Below, piece by piece: positions 16,443 through 22,846 of a DNA stretch of 24,000 nt (within the stretch, counting starts at the first letter, position 1; the number at the start of each line of letters is the position of its first letter). Both the position numbers and the translations under genes were made by a program. The notes under the pieces were generated by a model, which saw only the letters and a list, made by a program, of their open reading frames with translations, made no database searches and was not told where the DNA came from. The DNA lies in the NCBI GenBank assembly GCA_019459455.1, contig JAIBEX010000021.1, positions 197,576-221,575 on the forward strand, given 5' to 3'. This DNA is from Weeksellaceae bacterium. GTDB taxonomy: Bacteria > Bacteroidota > Bacteroidia > Flavobacteriales > Weeksellaceae.

Positions 16443-16817
16443 GGGCAGTGCATTACCGGAGTTCAAGATTAGAAGCTGCTTTTGTTTAAAGGTGGAGAAT
16501 CTTTCTTCGTCGTGCCTGCAGCACGCAGGATTTCCGGCTTCACCCCTTACTGTTGGGCCTCTCTACCCATTGTTCTTTTTAAAACCCGCCTTGCCCTCCG
16601 GGAGTGGATGCGTACCGCTGTGGTAATTGGAGTTCGCTTTTGAATTCGATATTTTTTATAAAATAGTGTCGGCCGTTTCTATTTGGCTTTGGCTGTACAC
16701 ACGGTGAATAAAGGAACCAGGTGCCTCTGATCATAAAAAAACACGGTACTACCGAAAGGCTTACGGGATTTATCCGTCCGGTTTGCAAAACTTTGTAAGC
16801 ACACAAAAACAGAACCA

Positions 16818-17018
16818 ATGAAACCAAAGAAAATCCGGGTCTGCGTGTACGTAAAGGATCTCCAATATGTAACCGGCCGCAGCGAAAGACACTGCCGCCG
16901 GATGATGCGCGATCTCCGAAGGAAGTTGGGGAAACCCAAACCTACGGCCATCACGGTAGAAGAAGTTGCCACCTATCTTAGCTTACCACCAGAAACCGTC
17001 CGGGATTTTATGGATTAG
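16818..17018 (+). CDS. Small basic putative DNA-binding protein (excisionase/HTH-like), 66 aa
   Basis: The sequence is MKPKKIRVCVYVKDLQYVTGRSERHCRRMMRDLRRKLGKPKPTAITVEEVATYLSLPPETVRDFMD. It is very basic and helical, and it sits downstream of rteC much as the excision genes do in CTnDOT-type elements. No family was confidently recognised. Confidence 0.5.
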   Translation: MKPKKIRVCVYVKDLQYVTGRSERHCRRMMRDLRRKLGKPKPTAITVEEVATYLSLPPETVRDFMD

Positions 17019-17145
17019 GTAGGTTTGACTTCCGGAAGATGCCGCCCACAGTGATGTCCCGGAACCGCTACCGTACCGGCAGTGTACATGATAAGGCCCG
17101 GTTGTGGCGCTGTGATTAATGATCGCTTTGAGCGCTACCCCTCTG

Positions 17146-17784
17146 TTAAGGTGTGCGCAGCATCACGCCGTTGATGAAGCCTGGTCCGGCGATGAAAGCA
17201 AAGGGGTAGTAAACTCCCTTCTTCAGCAGTTGCCACTTTATGATGAAGGGATGGGGAGCTTCGGGATGCGGAAGTATGCGGGTAAATTTGTAGTACACCC
17301 CTGTGCTGAGGTCGATCTGGAGCAAGATGAGGCGGTGGCCGTCCAGTACCGGAGGCAAGGGATAAAAGGTAATGCCCATTTTCCTCATGGTCACTGCATG
17401 GAGCTCCGGGACCCCATCCAGGGGCTCACAGAACTGAAAATTTTCAAATTCATCAGAGGCACGAGGCGACAACAGCCCTGTGGTCAGCAGTTGATCCCTG
17501 CCACCATACCTGTTTTTTATTTTTTCGAAAAGGCCGGACAACCGTTCGTGAAGATGGTCCGTTGCAAGGTCTTTTATTTCATCTCTGAGGGCCTCTATGA
17601 CCGATGAAGCCAACACGTGCGGATCGACACTCCTTTGCGGCATCCCGATATAGTCCGCTATGTCCCTATTTTTCGCATTCGGTGTGTTACGCGGGCTTTT
17701 AAACAGCTGTTTACCGCCCTCCATGTAATACATGATTCCATCGAGGGGTCCGGTCCAGTTGAGGTTTGGTTCTATTTTTCCCAT
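17146..17784 (-). CDS. Hypothetical protein (212 aa), a weak paralog of the 252-aa protein at 18709..19467
   Basis: In track ORF 17146..17814 the first 10 codons (MSTLTLTLTK) are a translation of the hexamer repeat, so I prefer MGKIEPN at 17784. By-eye motif parallels with the 252-aa protein are GIMYYMEGGKQLFKSPR vs DITFYRTKHGYMAKER, and DEFENFQFCEPLDG vs ELLEGFDFNSTSPLE. Confidence 0.65.
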   Translation of the reverse strand: MGKIEPNLNWTGPLDGIMYYMEGGKQLFKSPRNTPNAKNRDIADYIGMPQRSVDPHVLASSVIEALRDEIKDLATDHLHERLSGLFEKIKNRYGGRDQLLTTGLLSPRASDEFENFQFCEPLDGVPELHAVTMRKMGITFYPLPPVLDGHRLILLQIDLSTGVYYKFTRILPHPEAPHPFIIKWQLLKKGVYYPFAFIAGPGFINGVMLRTP

Positions 17785-17787
17785 TTT

Positions 17788-17858
17788 GGTTAAGGTTAAG
17801 GTTAAGGTTGACACTTCGGCTTCGCTCAGTGCAGGGGTTGAGGTTAAGGTTGAGGAGG
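17788..17858 (+). repeat. Dispersed repeat R1, copy A: a GGTTRA hexamer array flanking a 41-bp core
   Basis: The core GGTTGACACTTCGGCTTCGCTCAGTGCAGGGGTTGAGGTTA (17806..17846) is identical to 20019..20059 and is flanked by ggttaa/ggttga hexamers. Confidence 0.9.
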
Positions 17859-17863
17859 TTTAG

Positions 17864-17890
17864 AAAAAAGGCCTCCTTTTGGAGGAGGCC
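17864..17890 (-). terminator. Rho-independent terminator after the four-gene operon
   Basis: The stem is GGCCTCC (17870..17876) paired with GGAGGCC (17884..17890). On the minus strand it is followed by TTTTTT (the complement of 17864..17869), and it lies about 6 nt after the stop codon at 17897. Confidence 0.75.
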
Positions 17891-17896
17891 CCTCCG

Positions 17897-18091
17897 TTAT
17901 TGTTTATTCTTTTTCTTTCTGATACGGATCAGAAGAAATTTTACTACGAGGGTGAAAAGGTAACTGGAGATGCCCCCAATTCCCGCCAAAATCACCGTCT
18001 TCAGTATTTCGCCGCTTTCCAGCTGGACCAGCAGTACGAGTGCCATTCCGCCCACTGCGCCCATGCGCTGAGAAGAGTCGAAGAACATCAT
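17897..18091 (-). CDS. Holin-like membrane miniprotein (64 aa) with a strongly basic C-terminal tail
   Basis: It has one or two TM segments (GAVGGMALVLLVQL, TVILAGIGGISSYLFTLVVKFLLI) and the tail RIRKKKNKQ. Its start overlaps the upstream stop codon by 4 nt (18088..18091). Confidence 0.65.
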   Translation of the reverse strand: MMFFDSSQRMGAVGGMALVLLVQLESGEILKTVILAGIGGISSYLFTLVVKFLLIRIRKKKNKQ

Positions 18092-18306
18092 TTCTGCCGG
18101 CCGGTTTTCACTGCGGTCTGGCTCACCGCACTGGCGATGGCACCTGCGAGTGCGAGGTAGCCTGCGGCTGCGATGACGGCGGCCGGCAATGCGACCGGGG
18201 CCGTGGCAATGGCGCCTGCTACCCCTGTCAGGATAAGTCCTGCGTTCCTGACCTTTCGGAAGAAGCGTGGTGTAGGCGCTTTCAACCGCTGAACGATCTC
18301 TTTCAT
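18088..18306 (-). CDS. Gly/Ala-rich two-TM membrane miniprotein (72 aa)
   Basis: It has a basic N-terminus (RLKAPTPRFFRKVRN) followed by AGLILTGVAGAIATAPVAL and AAVIAAAGYLALAGAIASAV. There are 4-nt overlaps with the neighbouring genes at both ends. Confidence 0.65.
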   Translation of the reverse strand: MKEIVQRLKAPTPRFFRKVRNAGLILTGVAGAIATAPVALPAAVIAAAGYLALAGAIASAVSQTAVKTGRQK

Positions 18307-18707
18307 AAACCTGCTTTTTTAATTGTTAACGTTAAACCGATGCCATGATCCAGCACAGGATACAGGCGTTCTTTCATTCGCTGCAGGGCCATCTGTGAAT
18401 GAGCGCCCTTTCCTTCCCCGGTATGCTGCAGCACCGGAGCAATACATCCGCGCAATTCTTTCACCGCGTCGTTTGCCCCGTGGAAGAGAATGTACTTCCT
18501 GCCGGGTACGCCCAGAATTTCGAAGTGGTTTTTGAATCTGGGGCTGAACCGTCTGCGGACGTCGTACTTTCCTTCCGGAATGCATGAAATGCCAGGCTGA
18601 TTGTCCTTCCACGGCAGTTCGACCGTCCTGCAGATTTCCTCACCGTAGAAGAGTAACACTCCATTTACTCCCCGGGGGTGGTAGGTTCTGAGTAGGAGGA
18701 TTTCCAT
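18303..18707 (-). CDS. DUF5675-like protein with a YkuD-like His...Gly-Cys motif (putative cell-wall-active enzyme)
   Basis: The pattern TVELPWKDNQPGISCIPEGKYDV...FEILGVPGRKYILFHGANDAVKELRGCIAPV matches my recollection of the DUF5675 pattern (T.E.......S.IP.G.Y....SP.F....L..VPGR..IL.H.GN......GCI). FHGAN..(x8)..GCI resembles the L,D-transpeptidase (YkuD) catalytic motif IHGTN...GCIR. Confidence 0.7.
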   Translation of the reverse strand: MEILLLRTYHPRGVNGVLLFYGEEICRTVELPWKDNQPGISCIPEGKYDVRRRFSPRFKNHFEILGVPGRKYILFHGANDAVKELRGCIAPVLQHTGEGKGAHSQMALQRMKERLYPVLDHGIGLTLTIKKAGL

Positions 18708-18708
18708 C

Positions 18709-19467
18709 TTACGGTGTACCTGAAACCTTCACGATGCGCAAGGCATTGAAGGCTCCGTTTAACAGCGGATAGTGGAACCCATTCACCGACTGGTAAAAGC
18801 TGATCCCGAAAAGCAGGAAGAGCGGATTCACCGAAGCAGCAGGCAGGGCATTCTCCAGGTTAATCAGCGCGGTGGGCTGCGATTCGATTTTCATAATGGC
18901 GGTTTCGCTGAAGGCGGAAGCCGTAACCTTAGACTCGAAGTTAATGTCCAAAGCAGCAGATACCAGTTTGAAGTGGGTAGCCGCCGGATCAGAAATGATT
19001 ACTTCCGTTCCATCAAAGGGGTTTATTGTGACGTTGGCCTCTCCTGCTACGCGGTCCAGGGTGAGGGACAGCGGCGCCTTGAAACTTGTTTCGAGCGGCG
19101 AGGTGGAGTTAAAGTCGAAGCCTTCCAGCAGTTCCGCTTCACCGTCGATTACATTCCTCAGTCCGCGCGGGTTTACCATATCCAGGTGAATCACTTTCAT
19201 CATTTCCTGGGTTAGGCGGTTCTGAAGGGATTTGCCGCCGAAGGAAGTAAGTAGGGTACCCATGGCGTTTTTAAGCACCTTGGCGGCATTACACGCGCGG
19301 CCGAATTCGGCCATGTTTTCGCGGGTTCTTGCGAACCTCGGATCCGTCAGCATTCTACCCGGTGCGACCCTGAGTCTCTCTTTGGCCATATAGCCATGTT
19401 TGGTCCGGTAAAAGGTGATGTCGGCCATGGTACCGTCCAGCTTGATAATTCCTCTTTGTTTTGCCAT
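18709..19467 (-). CDS. Conserved-looking hypothetical protein (252 aa), first gene of the operon
   Basis: The sequence begins MAKQRGIIKLDGTMADITFYRTKHGYMAKERL...RTRENMAEFGRA... I recognise no domain. Its stop codon is 1 nt from the start of the next gene. Confidence 0.75.
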   Translation of the reverse strand: MAKQRGIIKLDGTMADITFYRTKHGYMAKERLRVAPGRMLTDPRFARTRENMAEFGRACNAAKVLKNAMGTLLTSFGGKSLQNRLTQEMMKVIHLDMVNPRGLRNVIDGEAELLEGFDFNSTSPLETSFKAPLSLTLDRVAGEANVTINPFDGTEVIISDPAATHFKLVSAALDINFESKVTASAFSETAIMKIESQPTALINLENALPAASVNPLFLLFGISFYQSVNGFHYPLLNGAFNALRIVKVSGTP

Positions 19468-19573
19468 TTTTTTAAATTTTTATGCATTAACATTCAGATG
19501 TTGAGGTACATCCGTTAAAACCTTTTGTGATCACGGAGTAAAATTTGAATGAAAAACTGAAGAATACAAGCGG

Positions 19574-19685
19574 GATGTCCGTTCGCGGCCGAAATATCCT
19601 TTATCAGGTGAAATATCCTTTTTCAGGTGAAATGTCCGGTTATGGCTGAAATGTCTGTTTCTGGCCGGAATGTCCTTTTTTGGCT
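19574..19685. repeat. Six tandem 18-20-bp direct repeats, consensus GAAATRTCCnTTTnTCRGGY
   Basis: The units are at 19574-19590, 19591-19609, 19610-19628, 19629-19647, 19648-19667 and 19668-19685. They lie 107-218 bp upstream of the operon start at 19467. Confidence 0.9.
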
Positions 19686-19693
19686 GTCCGTAA

Positions 19694-19715
19694 CTAAGGG
19701 TATACTAAGGGTATA
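19694..19715. repeat. Direct 11-bp repeat CTAAGGGTATA x2
   Basis: Seen directly, immediately distal to the 19-bp array. Confidence 0.85.
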
Positions 19716-19994
19716 CTGTGCTTATCCTAAGCCATTACCAGGCTGCAGGTGGCCTTTTCCTATTAATGAACTAATGGGTAATAGGCCTGACACCCCTGGT
19801 AGAGGGCGATTACGGATAGGGGTTAAAAAGGCCTCAAAACGGTCTGCCTGCGAGGCGTCAAATTTTGAATAAAAAAAAAGAATTAGTTTTGCAGATTTTT
19901 GAAAAAGAGATCCTTTTGGGCGGATTTCGCCTCCATGGGGGAAGCGACCTTTGTGTCAGTATGCGTGCAATTTCTACAAAAAGGGGAGTAAGGA

Positions 19995-20059
19995 GGTTAA
20001 GGTTAAGGTTGAGGATGAGGTTGACACTTCGGCTTCGCTCAGTGCAGGGGTTGAGGTTA
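19995..20059 (+). repeat. Dispersed repeat R1, copy B
   Basis: The sequence ggttaaggttaaggttgaggatgag precedes the identical 41-bp core (20019..20059). It has the same orientation as copy A. Confidence 0.9.
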
Positions 20060-20341
20060 GAAGCCGGGAGATGGAAGAGGGAAGAAAGGAGCGCGTTGTC
20101 CTCCCGACGCAGGAGGGATATCTCACGGAGCCACTGCCTCTCACTTATAACCGCTCCAATAACCGACATAGGAAATTTTTGCGTGAAGAAAAAACCTAAT
20201 TTTCTTTCTTAATTATAGTGATACTTATGACTTAGGAAAAATTTACACTGTTCGAAGCGCGACACCATACGTTGCTAATTCACCAAAATATAGACTCGCG
20301 CAAGTTTGTAAATTTTCTAAAAAGAAAATTAGGGTTTTTTA

Positions 20342-20397
20342 GCAAAAAGATCCAAGTCTTGATCTTTTGCTCAACTTTTGCATCAAGGCAAAAGTTG
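20342..20397. other. Twin adjacent hairpins sharing GCAAAAG/CTTTTGC arms
   Basis: Hairpin 1 is gcaaaaagatc-caagtctt-gatcttttgc (20342..20370). Hairpin 2 is caacttttgc-atcaag-gcaaaagttg (20372..20397, a perfect 10-bp stem). The arms are mutually complementary, so alternative pairings are possible. Confidence 0.6.
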
Positions 20398-20504
20398 AAG
20401 AATAGAATCTACTTTGGGATTACCTCGTCGGCTGCCACCTTCCCACTTTTTCCTTTTTACTTCTTCCTTGGTTCTTCCCCGCCAGTCACCCCGACGAGGA
20501 GGGG

Positions 20505-22433
20505 TCAACCTACCGGCAAATCATCATTAAGCCGCTTCAGGAAATAAGTCGGCGAGATATGATACCGTTCCTGGAAGTTCTTGGAAAAACTCTGTGCCGT
20601 GCTGTACCCCAGTTTCTGTGCAGTTTCCTGAATGCTCAGTTTCCTGGTTTTGGGTTTGGTCTTCCAGAGGTGTATGGCTTCGTTCAGTCTCAGGGTGTTG
20701 AGGTACCCGTTGAAATTCTGTCCTTTGTGCTGGTTAATCACCTTCGAGAGGTAGGAACTGTTGGTGCCGCAGTACAACGCCAGGGTGCTCAGCGTGAGGT
20801 TTTTCTTCAGATAGGCTTTTTCACTTTCAAAGGCATCAAGTTTCGCCAGGATATCGTCCACCAGTAAAGGATTGAGTTCTGTACCCGGCATCTGCACAGC
20901 AGCCGGTTCCGGAGTTTCCTGTGGCGGAGGATGAAACTGCTCATCGGGCAGTGCTTCATCCGGTACTGCAGCTTTTTCTTCATCCGGTACCTGCGTTACC
21001 TCCTGTTGGACAACAGGGTTTAGCGGCGGCACCTTTGAAATTTCAGGTACTGCCTCTTCATCCGGCACCGCCATAAATTCTTCGTACAGCTTTTTGTAAT
21101 AGTTGCGCCGGCGGTAGTACCGCAGGGCGAGGAGCAGGGAGGTAACCGTAATTATCAACGAAGCCCCGGTAATGATCCACAACCTTATTCTGTCTTTTTT
21201 CAGCTGCTCCTGCAGGTATACTTTTTCTTCCTTCAGTACGGTATTGTCATAGTGGCTGCTCAGGCTCCTGAAGAGGTCTTTGTAATTCTTTTCGTAAAGG
21301 GTATTGATCTGAAGCAACTTGTTTACATATTCCAGCTGCTTCTGCACATTGCCTGTTTTCTTATGGTGTTCATAAAGGGTTTCGAAGGCCGGGCGGAATT
21401 GCGGGTCAATCTTTCGGGTCTTTTCAAACTCCTTATCGAGCAGATTCAGATATTTCAGTGCTTCGGTTTCGTTTCCACTATGGTAATAGCTCATGCCGAG
21501 ATAGAATTTCTCGGTGAGGTGTTTCCAGTTGTCGTTGTAAAGGGCCAGCGTCTGTTTCAGTTTGCTGATGGCAAGGGGATAATTTTTCTGATAGTAGGCG
21601 TCAATGCCCTGCGACCCGATGAAGTAGGGCCGGAACTGCGGCAGTTTTTCCTTTGTGATAAACGCGATTCCCTCTGTCACGAGTTTTTCATTCCTGGAGA
21701 ATTCGCCCAGCTTCGAATGGGTGTCCAGCAGGGCGATAAGGGAATGCATATAATAGGGGCGGTAATCGGTATCTTCCACTGTCCCATGGTTTTCCCTGAA
21801 GAATGAAACGGCTTCCAGTAGCTGGGCGTTGGCTTCCTTATTCTGCCCGAGATAATTCCTGATCCGCGCAATACTGAGGTTCAAAACATTGACAAGGTAC
21901 GGGTTGTTTTTTACCAACAGGTGTCTTTGGGCCTGTACATAACTGTGCAGAGCGACGTTATAATCCTCAGTCAGTTCATGGAGCATGCCGTTCGTCATCA
22001 GCGCATCACCCATAATGTCCGGGCGGTTAATCCGTGATGCGGTTTGGAGCATACTGTCCGCATAGGCCATCTTTTTCCTGTTTTCTGCGTAAATGGTCCC
22101 CAGTGCATAGGCACGGTACAGCTTTTCGGGGTTTTTTTCCAGTTTTGCTTTCAGCGAATACAGGTCAATAATCTCCTGCGCCTGTTGAGGGTTATTCTGA
22201 ACTTCTATAACCTTTTTTTCAAGAGCAGAGAACGGCGTTTCATCTGCCAGTCCCTTACCCTGCGCCTGTAAACAGGACGTAAAAGTGATCACCATGAAGA
22301 GGGCTATACCTAAAAGGCATCTGTTACGGATTTTAAAAGTTCTCAAGCTAAAGGGCAGTTTTGCGGCCAGGTAAATATATAAAAAAATTTGTACTAAAAG
22401 CATAGGAGACCTATAAACACCGGACATCACCAT
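20505..22433 (-). CDS. Membrane-anchored TPR-containing AraC-family transcriptional regulator (paralog-type of 13823..15559)
   Basis: It contains TPR-like repeats, a TM helix (LWIITGASLIITVTSLLLAL), a Pro/Glu-rich linker with VPDEE repeats, and a C-terminal AraC HTH (LTLSTLALYCGTNSSYLSKVINQ...GYSTAQSFSKNFQERYHISPTYF). The true start may be later: an in-frame TTG at 22346 would give MRTFKIRNRCLLGIALFMVITFTSCLQA, a clean signal peptide. Confidence 0.9.
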   Translation of the reverse strand: MVMSGVYRSPMLLVQIFLYIYLAAKLPFSLRTFKIRNRCLLGIALFMVITFTSCLQAQGKGLADETPFSALEKKVIEVQNNPQQAQEIIDLYSLKAKLEKNPEKLYRAYALGTIYAENRKKMAYADSMLQTASRINRPDIMGDALMTNGMLHELTEDYNVALHSYVQAQRHLLVKNNPYLVNVLNLSIARIRNYLGQNKEANAQLLEAVSFFRENHGTVEDTDYRPYYMHSLIALLDTHSKLGEFSRNEKLVTEGIAFITKEKLPQFRPYFIGSQGIDAYYQKNYPLAISKLKQTLALYNDNWKHLTEKFYLGMSYYHSGNETEALKYLNLLDKEFEKTRKIDPQFRPAFETLYEHHKKTGNVQKQLEYVNKLLQINTLYEKNYKDLFRSLSSHYDNTVLKEEKVYLQEQLKKDRIRLWIITGASLIITVTSLLLALRYYRRRNYYKKLYEEFMAVPDEEAVPEISKVPPLNPVVQQEVTQVPDEEKAAVPDEALPDEQFHPPPQETPEPAAVQMPGTELNPLLVDDILAKLDAFESEKAYLKKNLTLSTLALYCGTNSSYLSKVINQHKGQNFNGYLNTLRLNEAIHLWKTKPKTRKLSIQETAQKLGYSTAQSFSKNFQERYHISPTYFLKRLNDDLPVG

Positions 22434-22459
22434 CTTGCTGATGTCCTTTATTTAGTGCA

Positions 22460-22498
22460 ATTTTTTATGAAAATACCACTATTTTTTATGATAATACC
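22460..22498 (+). promoter_or_regulatory. 18-bp direct repeat with 21-bp periodicity (ATTTTTTATGAAAATACC / ATTTTTTATGATAATACC), a candidate AraC-type operator
   Basis: The copies are at 22460..22477 and 22481..22498 and match at 17 of 18 positions. They lie in the divergent intergenic region, 67-105 bp upstream of the lipoprotein ATG at 22565. Confidence 0.5.
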
Positions 22499-22564
22499 GA
22501 AGATTTTACCGCATGATTTGAACCGGACGTAAAACTGAAGTAGATTTGACAAAAAATAAATCAA

Positions 22565-22783
22565 ATGAAAAAATTAGCAGCACTTTCCGCATTCGTATTG
22601 GTATTATCTCTAAACTCCTGCCGCAGCGAGCCTGCGGATGAAATGTTCTTAGAAGAAACGGAAGCTTCCGGTAATGTCTTTTTAAGAAATACCGATTCTC
22701 TGCAAATGACAGCGCGGGATTCAACAGGTACCAATCCGGTCACAGGTATAGAGACCGAACCCCCAATTCCTCCAAGAAAATAA
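22565..22783 (+). CDS. Small acidic lipoprotein (72 aa)
   Basis: It has a signal peptide with a lipobox (MKKLAALSAFVLVLSLNSC). The mature part is disordered and acidic and ends in TEPPIPPRK. It has the same position and style as the protein at 13330..13581. Confidence 0.7.
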   Translation: MKKLAALSAFVLVLSLNSCRSEPADEMFLEETEASGNVFLRNTDSLQMTARDSTGTNPVTGIETEPPIPPRK

Positions 22784-22813
22784 AGAGATTTTTCAGGTTT
22801 TATAAACCTCCAG

Positions 22814-22833
22814 CCGGTTTCTTCGGGAACCGG
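22814..22833 (+). other. Stable hairpin with a UUCG tetraloop between the lipoprotein gene and the next ORF
   Basis: CCGGTTTC-TTCG-GGAACCGG forms an 8-bp stem with one G:U pair. No T-tract follows it. Confidence 0.5.
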
Positions 22834-22846
22834 AGTATTGTAAAGA

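Noticed and set aside
17119-17607. 162-aa plus-strand ORF overlapping 17146..17784(-)
   Set aside because: The minus-strand frame is longer, starts right after the R1 leader, and shows motif parallels to the 252-aa neighbour. The plus-strand frame has an odd composition and no upstream context. Strand choice here is still only moderately certain.
19574-19685. Possible CRISPR array
   Set aside because: The units are contiguous with no spacers, are degenerate, and are only about 19 bp long, and there are no cas genes. The hairpin repeats at 10013..11160 also lack regular repeat-spacer periodicity.
19627-20212. ORFs 19627..19872(+), 19858..20169(-), 19865..20212(+) and 19951..20199(+)
   Set aside because: They run through the 19-bp tandem array or the R1 hexamer element, which yields RLRLRLRMRL or NLNLNL strings. 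They mutually overlap and have no plausible starts or domains.
20272-20547. 91-aa plus-strand ORF
   Set aside because: It spans the hairpin-rich noncoding region and overlaps the 3' end of the regulator gene. Its translation is low-complexity (FFLGSSPP...).
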